From Glycera tridactyla (taxonomy: Eukaryota), in NCBI GenBank assembly GCA_965644265.1, contig OZ286469.1:87544001-87608000 (forward strand): a stretch of DNA of 64,000 bases. Direction: 5' to 3'. Shown here piece after piece: positions 26,733 to 39,856 of this stretch; position 1 is the first letter of the stretch; the number at the start of each line of letters is the position of its first letter. The position numbers and the translations under genes were made by a program. The notes under the pieces were generated by a model that saw only the letters and a list, made by a program, of their open reading frames with translations, was not told the DNA's origin and did no database searches.

Positions 26733-26973
26733 GGGCAACTCGGAACCATCTCCAAGTGAGAAGCATCGTTTCTTCTCAACGCAAAACAAACACTTCCATC
26801 AATGTGTAATTACAGCCCTTCAGATTGTCTGAGAGGTGGGTGGGTCAATAGACCTAACAGACAGAAAATCATGGACCAATGTCCAAAATAATGGGACCTT
26901 GAAAAACAAACAGCAGGCACCACTCTCACAAACCCTGACACAAGATGATGGGGAACAGGAAGGCTGACAAGTA

Positions 26974-27233
26974 CTGGGTTCCCTCTAGGATGAATGATTT
27001 TTGCAAAGTGAAAATGATTTTAGCAATTCAGAAAGCACTTCATTGAATCAGCTCGCCAACATCGAAAATTGATAGCATTCTTATTTCAAATCAATTTCTA
27101 TAGCATCACCACGTTTCTGCCATCAGGATTGAAAATTACTTTAGCAAATTATTTTAGCAAATCAATTTTTTCTTTAGCATTTGACTTGACTGATTAGCTA
27201 TAGGTAAAGCGCTGATCTATAGAGGGAACCCTG
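26974..27233. mobile_element. hAT-like MITE, full-length copy of the 7275/45135 family
   Basis: Ends CTGGGTTCCCTCTAG and ATAGAGGGAACCCTG; no TSD resolved. Confidence 0.7.
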
Positions 27234-28107
27234 TAGTAGAGTAGCTGGTACTTCAGACACCTCTACCTGCCCCACATGAACCTGTATGATCCCGTCAATG
27301 AAATATGGCATGACACAGCGCTGACAACCAGGAAATACTCCATCAGTGTGTCAATGTAGTCCATCCTGTGATGGGCTAAAGCAACTATCTCATAGCAAAC
27401 CTGGCTCAAATACCAGCTCTACCGCAAGTCAAATACTAGAGGCTCCAGCCCAGAGTTCCATCCATATAACCAGCAAATTTATCTGAAATCTATCCTTGAC
27501 AAATGATTCAGGGTGAGAGGAGATGGCCTCCCACCTACCCAGCCGGGTAAATTTCCAAGGTGGGTGGGTAGATTTTGAAGTCACCTGCCAGGTGGACTGG
27601 TGGAAAAAGATATAAATGAAATGAAAACATAATGGGGCAGGCTGAATTTTGAGAGGGCAGGTCGATTTGGAATATACCTGGCCTATGGACAGGCAGATAT
27701 TCTTTCAGGTCTTCTTGTCCTGTGATTTTGGAGATTGGCAAAGGGATTGACCAAAACAAGGTAAGCAATGAATCACACAGGTATTCCATGGGATCAGACT
27801 TCTGGCTGAAGGTGAGCAAATGGCATTAGTCAAATGATAAAAGCTTTAGCTGATAGCTAATTGACTGATAGTTGCTACAAACCAAGCCACATGGGCATCA
27901 GGATACAGGGCCAGGGTGCATGGCTGACTGTAAATCTACACACATAGCTGTTAATTAATGACGAGTGAGGGACCACTGACTGTACACCTTATACCAGTGG
28001 GGAGTGAGCCCATGCAAGATTGATGCTCTATCACCTTGCCTACTCAGTGAATATATCCATTAGCCCAGGCCACAAATCATTAGCTGAGCTTTCATTGTGA
28101 GCTAATA

Positions 28108-28272
28108 CAGTGAAACCTGCGACAAGAGAGACCATCTCTAATGGGAGACCGCTTTTCCAGGGCAGCCTTTCTTTTTGACATAGTCGAATAAACCGCCCGA
28201 CGAGAGACCACTCCTTTCGAGAGACTGCTTTTTGGTGACATTTGAGGCGGTATCTCATTACAGGTTTCACTG
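28108..28272. mobile_element. Tc1/mariner-like MITE, family A
   Basis: TA|CAGTGAAACCTG ... CAGGTTTCACTG; the core agaccgcttttccagggcagc is shared with 53536 and 63453. Confidence 0.82.
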
Positions 28273-29078
28273 CATTAACAGGCAAAGAAATAAATAGGAT
28301 AACAGTAAACATGATTCAGTTTATATTCTAGTAATCCATTCAGACATAAATGATTGATATCACCTCAGAAGCGCATGTGGGCCTGCTCTAAAAGGCACTA
28401 CCATGTAGAGCACCTGCCTTCAAAGATTACTCCCAAAAAGGGACCCCATTAGTATTCTATACTACATACATGAAAATAGCACAAAAGTCTGATAATTATT
28501 GATGAATGAAATGTGAACTTCATGAGAAATTCACAGTCTATCCAGGACTAGCACAGTTTTCTAGGCATGGGGTGAAATCCACGGGGCATATCTGTAATGA
28601 TAGGCAAGATAGCCAAGGCATATTCACAGCAAACTATACATGATACAAATTTGGAGATACCATCCAGGATTCCACCATTGCTGGAATTATCCTTGTTTGC
28701 TTCAATACTACTACAATATTTCCCCAAATATGGGATGAAAACAGTGAATTCCAGCCTGCCTGTGAATGGAGCACTGGGAGAGTCAGGTGGTGAAGCCATG
28801 AAGAGTGTACAGACATTAACATTTAATCTGGCCGCACTGACTACAAGTGCTACTTGTCATTGACTGGCTATAATCCAGCGGAGACACCCCCCCCCCTCCT
28901 CACCTGTCCTCAGCATCTGACAACTTGATTCACCAAATTAGAATTGAGTAGAACATGAATTGAGTAACCTCCCTCATGAAACTGAAAAGTGGTTGCTTAA
29001 TACAGGTGAATTATAGTGAATGCTACAGTTGACCCTGCTCTAAGCATGCACTGTACTACACAAAAATAACATTTCTTA

Positions 29079-29680
29079 AGCCACCCTTACATAGGGCCAG
29101 CGCCTGCTCGAGTCTGGTCGCGCTCGAAATCTACAAATAATCGCGGTGGGGCGCATAAAAAATGTTAATTTTTTCGTTTTCCCGCACTTGTTCGTGCTCC
29201 ATCGCGCCTTATGGCGCCTGCTCACGCTTGACAGCGTTTTTTTCTTATGCGATCGCTGGGGCTTGGCCATGCTCCTCGGCGCCTGTCTGCGCTTGTTCCC
29301 GCGCTCATTGGAGCCTGACTACGCTCCCTGGGGCCTGTCCGCGCTCAGTTGAGCGCAGGCGGGCGCCATCAAACGCCGCAGGGCTCCCCTGGGCGCACAC
29401 CTAGTAGTCACCACGCTCCTTGGCGCTTCAATGCGCTCGCCCGCGGCACCACTGCGCTCCCTCGCGCCTGTCCGGCTCTGCTTGCGTCTGTATCAATTTC
29501 TTGCGCTCGACCGCGGAAGTTTTGAACATTTTGAAATATGCTCCGCGCTCAGAAAACGCCAGGCGCCCACTAGCGGTCGATTGCGCTCGTCGGCGCTCCA
29601 TCGCGTTCCTCTTGGTGCTCGACTGCGTTCAGCCTATGCAGTCGAGCGCGAGCAGGCGCCGGGCCTATGTAAGGGTGGCT
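29079..29680. mobile_element. PIF/Harbinger-like MITE (602 bp) with TTA TSD
   Basis: 32-bp TIR AGCCACCCTTACATAGG(GCCA/CCCG)GCGCCTGCTCG (30/32); TTA at 29076-29078 and 29681-29683; very CpG/GCGC-rich interior. Confidence 0.88.
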
Positions 29681-32600
29681 TTAGGCAACCATGATGTATA
29701 CATCCCACTAGAGAATTTTGCTTTTAATTCACCTGTTCTAAGCATGCACTTTGGCGTCTTCCCTTGGCTGAATGCTGAGGACAGGTTTGACTGTATACTA
29801 GCAGAACAGGTGTTTGCTGAATACAGTGGTTGTTCTTTACAGGCTCCTTCTCCAGATGAAGTGTCCCCGGAGACCCAAATCATATAAAACTGTGAATACT
29901 GAAATCCATGCCAAATTTCTCTCAAGGTCATCTTTCTGAGAGACCATATATATACGAAATTTTAGTGGACATGCACTCGGGCAATTTTCAAGTATGGTTG
30001 AACATGCTCAAACGGGTGCCTTTGTACAAAGGCCACCTGCCCACAAAGATCACCTCTGACAGATGATACATGCAATAGGATCCTACATGAGTCAACTTTA
30101 TGTGACCTAGAAATGACGAGTTATACATTTATTCGAATCACAATGTTTGGTTTGGTTGATGTTTAACAGCATGTATCATGACAATTTCATAGTGATGATG
30201 ACGATGTTTGCAAATAACGTATAAGTCTTGAATTTCAGCAAATTCTTAGTATGAAATACATGAATTTCTACTCATGGAAAGTGATCACAGCTGTCAGAAT
30301 TTACCTTTCATGGGTCCTTGGACACCGTTCCTCTGTGATTTTCGGATGCGAAAGGCATTCACTGGACTAACCATTGTGAGCGAAACACCCTACACCATCA
30401 CCACACTAATTCCAGTCCATTTAGACAGCGCCAGGTCTCAACACCGACACCACCACCGATAGCTGTCCTTTTATTGTGTATCCATGCCTTTTACTTGGTT
30501 ATCCACTTCATAAGGGTTCAGCGACTGAGTGTTTATTTCCGTCATGGTCCAGCATGTCTAAACCTCCATGTTTAACGCAGGTAATCCAGATAACGAGCCT
30601 GCTAAACACGCACATACCACATTCAGCTGTTGGAACTCCCTCTAGTCACAGTGAGATGGGAACAATACTAGAAAATCCACCAAAATATTCTTATCCTGAG
30701 CTCTTCCAAGTGCAATCTCAGATTCAATAATCTAAAATACACTGTTTCCTGCGTGAGTCACCTTCTCACAAATTCTACTGATGTTAGATCAAATCACCAA
30801 AATAGAAGGCATATGCTTTTGATTGGTCAGCATTTTTAATTCCAGTTGTTAACAAAGCCTAAAGTGGAAAGAAAAATGCTGCCAAATTCAAGACATGCAC
30901 CATATTTTGTCAACTGAATACAGATGAATGAGGACATAAAACTGATGAGCCATACATAAAATTAAATCCATTTTGTCAAACGTATCCAAATGCTGACTTG
31001 CTTTGCCTGAAGATGGTGCATCTAGCTGAAACTGATATCCTTCAAACCTCCAAGTGTGAAAGAGGGTACATAGGGAACACAGGAAACCCTCCACAAGTAA
31101 TCTTCTCCTGTAATATTCGCTCAGTTGTACTGATGCTTGTTACACAGATGACTGTTATGGTCCATTACTCATTCAGAGAACACCTGGTGTGTTTGAGATG
31201 AGCGGCAGACAGGCTGATGTACACATGCCAGGCACCATATGGCAAGGGATGCACATATGAGCTGCAGTATCAGCCACAACAACTCCCAACATGGGGGGTG
31301 GGGTGGTCATGTAACAGATGCGTTATCATTCCCACCTAAAAACCAGAGATGGGGGGAGGGGGGGGGGGGGGGGTGAGGGGTCAATTTTGGCTGTACTCTA
31401 CATAAAATTGGAGCCAGCATTCAGCATTTAAAAAATAGCGAAGTAGAGCCTCTCCTCCATTTTGGGGGGACAGGTGAGCATGTGCTGAATCAGTGTTGTT
31501 GCAGTAACTTTGCAACTGAAATTTTCATCAAATCACTGGGATTCTGACAATTTGCAAGAGAAAGTAGGCAGTTCTGTAAACCTCTGAGAAATATACTATA
31601 ATAGAGAGGATACCAATCTTGATGAGAGTGATTACAGTAATATCTAGAATAAACTAATTTGCAAAACTGTTTGTTTGGAATGCCAGATTATTGGCCTGGA
31701 ATGATACTAATTACTCAGAGATCATTATAGTTGACATGTTTGTATACTTTCCCATATTCTTGGGTTCAGAGCAGGATAGCAGCTTTAGTAGTCAAATTTG
31801 CTACCAGAAATATTGTTCTAGCATCTACACAGATCAGTTTTTTCCACATGTCACATGCCACCCAGTTCCTGAAAATAAGCCGGCCAGTCAATGTACCATT
31901 GACAAGTAAGGAATGACCCAGTGACCTGATTTGTATGTGTTCAATGCGTGGAAGGACAGAGAGTAAGCCGGTGGATAGAGTCAGGTGAGAACTATATCAA
32001 TTCTAAGTGACGGCTGGCACTCCTCCAGGAGAGCTCACTAAGCAAGCATGTTATACTTTGAGAGCCAGAGTCAAACACGTACCAGGAGCAGGCCGAGTTA
32101 TCACTGCAAAATGCCATTCCTATCCCATACAAAAATCTCCAAGATCAGGCCAAAAATGCGAAACAAAAAAGACCAAGAGTGTCCAACAACATCTAGGAAT
32201 AAAGTATATCCCAGTTTTGGGCCACAGAGACACCTTAAAATATGGAGTAAACACAGGAAATTCCAGACCTCAGGGAACTTGAATGTGGTGCCAATTTCAG
32301 GTGACACACCTGCGCCTATGTGGTACAGCTCTTCCAATGCTCATCACAAACAACGCCTCAATTTCCGACTGTTCCGCCCCAAATTTTTTATTGTTCCATA
32401 GCTACTATTAACTGGGCTAGTGAAAGGTAAGCTCATATTCTACTTGTGGGTGTGTGCATGTATGTGTGTACGTGTATATGTGAGTAAGTTGTGTGTGTGT
32501 CATCCTTTGTCAGGTGTGGTGTGGTGCATTCAATTAAGACTGTCACTATATTCAATCCAATGCTAATGAGGATCCACTGATCACTGAGCAGAGTAGCCAG

Positions 32601-32813
32601 TAACTCCAACACATTGGGCTGTACAGAATCTGTTAGTCAGTCAGTTCATCTGTCTGTTTCATGTTATAGGTGCCTATGGTTGGAGTAGGAGTTGTGGGGT
32701 GGTAGGATTCTAGCACCAACAAAGATTACTTGGATCTACGCTAAGACCTGCTTATAAATTCCTCTCATCGAGAACTGAGCATTTGTGTGAGGAAAGATAC
32801 ATAAATCAGATTA

Positions 32814-32957
32814 CAGTCAAACCTCTCTATAAAGACCGCATTCGGTCGCATCAAAAAATGGCTTTTATAGAGAGGTCATTTACTGTTGAAAATACATCTA
32901 CGGTCGCAGCTGAGGGTGGTCTTTATAGAGAGGTGGTCTTTACAGCAGGTTCGACTG
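32814..32957. mobile_element. Tc1/mariner-like MITE, family B (opposite orientation to 13295)
   Basis: TA|CAGTCAAACC ... GGTTCGACTG|TA. Confidence 0.82.
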
Positions 32958-33448
32958 TATGTACATGATATAGTGAAACCTGTGACGAGAGACCACATCC
33001 AAAGGGGAACCAATACTTCAGGCAATTTTAAATTTTTTGTCATGAAATTATTTTGCCATGGAAATGTTGGTAAAGTCAAACTCATTGTAGGTACAAGGCC
33101 AAGGGAAGCGAAATACCTGACAATTTTTACTGATACTTCAAAGAACTGAAAAACTGTGTAACTACCCTGTACAAATCATGCTTAGGACATGTTTGACAGC
33201 ACTTCATGTGGATCAATACTAACTAGCACAGAATGCACAAAGTCCTGTGATTGGCCAACAAATCTTTATTTCCACAAGAGCTTCCATGGCTAGTGAATCT
33301 GACCTAATCACAACCCTCTACTCAAGGGTTTCTTGAGGTAAAGGTAAGGGGGATAATCACAGGTGCCAACAGATCTGTCAGGCCTCACCTGCATGCATAA
33401 TAGATGCAAAAGATAAGATGTTTTCCAAGTTTTGTTCATTAGTTAATT

Positions 33449-33655
33449 AAATCTATTCTCTTGTAAGGCCCTTGGGTTCTACATGAATGAGAAATTGTCC
33501 GAGAGAATCAGGCAAGTGTTGTGAACATGGGAGCATTCTGTCACTTACAATCAAATCTATTCTCACAGTATGACCCTTGGGTCCCACATGGACGAGAAAT
33601 TGCCCGAGAGAATCAGGCAAGTGTTGTGAACATGGTAGCATTTTGTCACTTACAT
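33449..33655. repeat. Local tandem duplication, 105-bp unit
   Basis: cccttgggt...gagaaattg.ccgagagaatcaggcaagtgttgtgaacatgg.agcatt.tgtcacttaca at 33469 and 33574. Confidence 0.88.
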
Positions 33656-34920
33656 GTCTCACTAAGTGGACATCATCATATCTAATTTTGGTCATCATAC
33701 AAAGGCCACTTTTTTATGTGACCGATGGCGGCCTTCATAAAGAGGTTCAACTGCATGTGAATTCTAGATGTATTTCAGATACGGTAAATTTGAGATTGAA
33801 CCCAGATCAGGTGGTGAAAAAATATCATAATGGGACTAGCTGCCTAAAACTAAAGAAACCCTAGGATTCGAACCCTACCACCCCACATAAATCCTGCATC
33901 AACCACATGCACCTGTAACACTGACTGATGGACATCATGAGAGAATCATATAATCCAGATGTGGCACTCAATCTCAGAACTAATCCAGTGTATGATGATA
34001 GATTCCACTGACACCTATTAGTAGTGCATCATCCCGATTTGATCTGTTCAAAATCTGTGATCTGTTCACGTTTTACGAGAGAGTCCGAGAGATATATCCA
34101 CTAGTCCGGTAGCATCCAGGAGTCAGCTGGCTGCACCAACTCCACCCCAATGAATGCATGTACATACAAATAAATGCATGCCAATTGTGTATGCGTAGGG
34201 GAGGGGGTTGTGGATAAGTCCCGATCCAGCTGCTGAGTGGGTCAGGTTAGGGAAGCAGGCATGTGTTACATCCAAGGTGAGCCCCAATCATGTGTAGCGG
34301 GGAGGAGTCCGTGTACTACACACATTAGTATAGCAATAGTTCTGACCTGTAGTAATCATATACAGCTGTATGGACTCTGATAAGCTCCTTCAACGACCTC
34401 CCTGCTCCATCCGACCTAAGATATGCACCCCCCCCCCCATTCGTACCACCCACCTATAAGCCCAGCCAGCTTTCACACCCCACTGAACACATGTACTCCC
34501 ACCTTCATGCAAATCCTGCCAGGTGCTAGCCTGAGTGACCCCTCACATCCTTCTATATCCGGGATCCGGGATCAGGATCAGGATCTGACCTGTCCCCAGT
34601 ATAACAGTATAATCCATTCTGATTGTTCACTTACTCAATACTATCACCGATCAGGTAGTAGCGCCAAAGCTGGGTATCAACCTGTTCATAATGAATCTCA
34701 GCGAAAGTCAAGCTTCTGAAATGAACAACAAGGGCCACAAACTTGATGAACCAACTTGGTAATTTGCTCGGTGATTCGCTCCATCTTATAAAGAGTGAGA
34801 CAAGGATTGACTGGACAATATATGCATGCAAGGATTCCAACCACACACATGCATGCATGCACGCACGCACGCACACACTGACTGAAAGTGAGGATGGTTA
34901 AAAAAGCTTGTTATACTAAC

Positions 34921-35347
34921 CGTCTGGTGATCGAAATTCATCATCTGCCGGCACATAAGCCTCGGGTAAATCCTCCTCTAACTCTAGCTGCGCCGCTGAA
35001 GCAATCGGTACATCCTCCTCACCACCAGATGGCAGTTCTGAACTGGCAGCCACGACTACCGCCGTGTCATCATTCTCGAAAGTTTGCTCAGTCGGTGCGC
35101 CACTAGATGGCGCTGGTGTTTCTGAACTGCTCGATTCGCTAATACTCATCGCCATGACCTGAGATCGTGTCTGGTCGGACTCGACCGTCGAGCCGGAGCC
35201 TGCCGAGGCATCCATCTCTTTGGATGCAGGCGGAGGCGGGGCAAAAATCTGAATGTCACCATCGGCTTCAGCATTCTCTCCTGGCGATGGCTTCTTTGGT
35301 GGATCTGGCATAAATATCTGGATTTCTTCATCCTCGCCATCTTCCTT
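34921..35347 (-). CDS. TACC: TACC acidic exon (KEDGEDEEIQIFMPDPP...DDEFRSPD)
   Basis: Acceptor tttttccgctgcag (NAGNAG: cag-aag) and donor gttagt; 427 nt, phase 0 to 1, within ORF 34916..35392; strongly acidic composition. Confidence 0.88.
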
Positions 35348-38300
35348 CTGCAGCGGAAAAAAAGAACAGAGAACTTCATTGAAACTGATCAAATATCACT
35401 AGTGGTGAACCAATGATACATGGCAGCCGTTTTTTCACACGCTCATGGTATACATATTAAATGAAACATTCAGTATAAAAGTGGAAAATAGTGCCCATCC
35501 TAGTAATGTCTCAAGAGCAGTATATGTAACGGGATTCCTTAAGCCCCCAGATACGAGAAATCTTGCCTGGTCCCCTCCCCTCCAGTTGTATACAACTCAT
35601 GTCGAAACAGACAAGGTGTTTCAGAGGAATTAAGCATTCTCAAAATTTTGGCAAAAAATTACTTTTCATCTCGAAAGATGCTGCAAAAGCTAGGAAGAAT
35701 CTAAACTAACATTCATTATTGAAGCTGAATCCCAAAATACAATGAACTGTGTTTGAAATCAGCCGCATGAAGGCCATATATTTGACTGAGAAAGGATGTT
35801 TGCAAATCAGAGGGTACTTCTCTCAACCAGCATCACAAATATTCTGGGTGTTGAAAGTTGAGTCCATGTTCATTTTCAATTTAAATCCAAAATACTACTC
35901 AACATTTTCTTTGAAATAACAACTACCTGACAAAACTCAGACAACTGCAACTTTTTCAAGTTTTCGGAATAGAAATATCATATAATGAATCCACTAACAC
36001 TGATGACTCGGGATTGAAGAACAATATGCAGACACATTCAATATGGTCAAAGTTATCATTAAAAGTATCCACAATGTACATTTCACAAGAACCAGCATAA
36101 TAACATTCGTGAGGAGTGCCTAATCCAAAGTGCCGATCTTGAAAGCCTCACATCCCCTACCAAACTGCCGAAAAATATAACAAAAAAAGTGTGAAAATAC
36201 TGAAAGAAAACAAAACTGATTTTTTTTCCCCCAAAGTGATACCATCACAAAATAGTTTCATGGATATTAGACGATGGACGGAGAGGGGGATTTCAATGAT
36301 CTTCACATCTCATATAGATGTGATCAGGCACCATATCAGGAAAATTTGAAAGACCTTGTCCAGCAGTTCAGTGATCTGAAGAATTTGTGTACAACCCACT
36401 CATGCTGATATCACATGAGTAAAAACTGTCTGAATTGTCATATGTTAGTCACACAGAAATGAGCGTCATTGTCTGATATGAGATAACTCTCATTGATTAT
36501 CACAACATGATTGACTGACAATATTTGTTTCTTGCTACCAAAATGATCAACTGAAGCGCAGCGCTCAAACCTTGACCCATGAGGAAAATGCTGCGAGCAG
36601 TACTGGAACTGCAGAAATACATCCAGATCTTACAAGCACTAACAACTTAATTAGGGTCTTTAGGGTGGACATGATGGGTGGAACTTGAAAATATGTAAAT
36701 TCATGTAGTCCAAAATAATTGGATATTGTATGAAAAATAGAAATTTCAAAATAATAGGACCCGGAAAATATCCCCGAAATGTAATAGGTTCCTTCAGCAC
36801 ATCAAACCAGAAATGAAGGGAATACTGAAGCACCCAAGTTCTGAAATTAGCTGATAATACTGATTTGTGCATGCCCATGCACACACGCACTCACACACAC
36901 TCTCTCACTCGCTTGCAAACACTAATACCCCTACATGTATAGTGTTGTTAGTAAATAATTACTGACAATGAGCTAAGACTGAGATAATAATTGGCTAGGA
37001 AAAGACCAATGAAACATAGTCGAGATTAGCAATTCCAAAAATAAAATTTGAGCCATGTTTTGTGCACGATTTATCAACATCAATTTTAATTTTTGTGAGC
37101 ATGAGGGAGGAATAAATCACTTGATATCGGTAGATTTGCTATAGAATCTATGCTGCATGGAGACACATTTACTGATTTCAAGAAGGATATGCAGTGTTGG
37201 GTGCTTCAAGTAGTTGTGTTGAATCATTGTAAGTGATAAATGCTACTTTGGGAGAGAATCGGCTGACATTCAAGAGTGCCAGAATTCTTGGGAGGGGCGA
37301 GATGTGGTTGCTATGGTGGTTTCCATCAGTAGGTACTGAATCAGTTACAGAATGGATTCTACATACATGCATATGCAGTGCTTTGTATCTCCAGAAATTT
37401 TCATGATCCACAAACCACGATATTCAGCAGGCCCCTTTCTGCCGTACTATGTCTGTCTACATTTGCCTTGAAAAACACTGAANNNNNNNNNNNNNNNNNN
37501 NNNNNNNNNNNNNNNNNNNNNNNNNNNNNNNNNNNNNNNNNNNNNNNNNNNNNNNNNNNNNNNNNNNNNNNNNNNNNNNNNNNNNNNNNNNNNNNNNNNN
37601 NNNNNNNNNNNNNNNNNNNNNNNNNNTTGAACCGCCAACATAGACAGGTAGAGCTCACCGATGCCTGATTATACACTGATGAAAGACACGCATTAAAATC
37701 AACAGAGAAATCAAGAAGCCAAAACCCCACAGCAGCAGCATCAGCAGAATATGTGTAGGATATATGTTTTTTTCACCAATTCTAAGTGTGAAGGGAAGAA
37801 TGTCATTGATACAGATAGGCAATGTGTGTTTACCCCAGTTGAGGGTGTTTTTTTCCTCCTCATAAATGACCTCATTCTGTGACGCCAGCCCGGAGCAAAA
37901 ACCTGCGTGACAAGTGCATACACCATCATATCATATCATTTCTGCGCGTGATACAACTAACAACGATGGCAGATTCAGCAATAACAGGCGGCCATACTGC
38001 GAGGTATCTTAAAGATGATATCCTGATTCCATTTATGATACATTAATATACACAGGGGGTTAAGGTGAAACCTGTGATATGGGACCAACTAATAGCGGAA
38101 CTCTTCTCCCTCATGGCATCTCTATGTAGTGCCTTGTAGAGTACACAACCCAAGCATCATTGCATGTACACAGTGATGTCATCGTTACAGGGATGCCAAC
38201 CTTTGACGCCCACAAATATTCATGATACCAATTTTCAGACCTATTATTACAGTATTTGCAATGATCAAATAAGAGAATTCTGAATTGCCAAAATTTTGTC

Positions 38301-38352
38301 GAAGAAGTAATCACCACTCGATGACCGTGATGGTTTGCACCTCTGCGGTTAG

Positions 38353-39856
38353 TAGGGACGAAACGATTCGCTGGTACACCGATGCATCGCCAAACATGAC
38401 ACATCGATTCACACCACGATACACGCAGTCAAAACACGATACGATACGGTGTAGGTAAAAAAAGTGGGAGAAAACGGGATTGAAGTTGTCGAACTGCCGG
38501 TATTTTGTGAACAAACACTTGTTCCCAGAGAAATACTGATCGCACACGAAAAAAACGATATCGTATTGAAAGCTTGGAAGTTGCTTGTCAATCTGATATA
38601 GATATCGAGATGTGATGTTAATTATTGAGCGAGGATTAGGCCATTATAAAGTGAGATCACAGGGAAAATCATCGCGGAATGGCGCCATTTTGTGCCCGAT
38701 GATGATTTGACAGGTCTCACAAAGATCGATCAGAAGTGCCGAAAAAAGTTTCCAGATTGATAAATACCTGATTGGATGAAAACCTGGAACCTCACGAATG
38801 TGGGGATGTGTTTATTGTGGCAGAATATGTCATATTTCCCAAGAAATGATCAAGTGATAATGGAGCTGTCAGCCACTATCACGCATGATCACTGACAAGT
38901 GCCAGAAACGGAAGTCGGAAGTGGTTTTGTTCACATGATGTGAAAGAAGATTTCCTGCCAAAATCAACATGCCCATGTGTTTCTCTACTCACCAGAAACT
39001 GGTTTCAGACATATTTGGATTGTTATTCTGTCATTAAAATAGTTTAGAGAAGGTTTCATTGATGCCCAATTAAGAGGAACCATAACAAGAACTGAATAGT
39101 GTGTGGAGTTCGAGTTGTCAACGAAGCTTGAGTAAGAATGAAGGCTGTTCAGTCCAGGGAACAAAAAAACGTTATTCTTCATTTCAAATGAGTCAAAAAA
39201 GAATGGGAACACCATCTAAGGCATTTGAGGATCAATATGGTAAGGGACATTGAAGATGAATATCACTTTATCATGGAATGAGCCTTTCGAAGACATCTCT
39301 GTCTCAAATTACAAAACACATTCCTTGTTTTGCCAAAAAGTTGAACTCATGTCTGTTTATTATAGACACACTTGGATCATTATTCTGCCATAAAAATAGC
39401 TTGGAGTATGTTTTATAGATGCACAATTCAAGAGAGAACATAAAATAAAAGAAATAATGAATAGTGCTCTGAGTTCAAGTTGTCAAAGGATCTTAAGTAA
39501 GAATGCAGGCTGATCAGTTTGGGGAACAAATTAACATTAATCTTTATTTCAAGTGTATCAAAAAAGATTGAGAACACTGAGGAGCAGGTATTATGATTGG
39601 CTTTGGAAATGAATGCCACTTTATCATGGAATGTCCTTCATCAAACTATCTGATTTGACAGCGTTCAAACAGATCCGCCAGAGGTGCCAAAAACGTCTCA
39701 TATTCAATAAATGCTTTGATGGGGTGAAAGCCCACTTTGTCTTTGATAACCAGTATAAATTATATGACTTGGAAAATATCGTGGAACATATCGTATCGTG
39801 AGTGGTGTATTGTGGAATGTATCGTATCGCGACGGAACCGTATCGTTTCACCCCTA
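38353..39856. mobile_element. Non-autonomous hAT element (1504 bp) with perfect 8-bp TSD GCGGTTAG
   Basis: TIRs TAGGGACGAAACGATTCG and (reverse complement) TAGGGGTGAAACGATACG; TSD at 38345-38352 and 39857-39864; subterminal ACGATAC repeats on the left and GTATCGT repeats on the right. Confidence 0.88.
39010..39640 (+). pseudogene. Two diverged tandem copies of a decayed non-LTR retrotransposon ORF2 C-terminal fragment, inside the hAT element
   Basis: Translations DIEDEYHFIME* (39246) and GNECHFIMECP (39605) match the EDE.HF...C motif typical of LINE ORF2 ends; ~350-bp imperfect direct repeat starting ttggat..ttattctg.cat.aaaatag. Confidence 0.62.
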
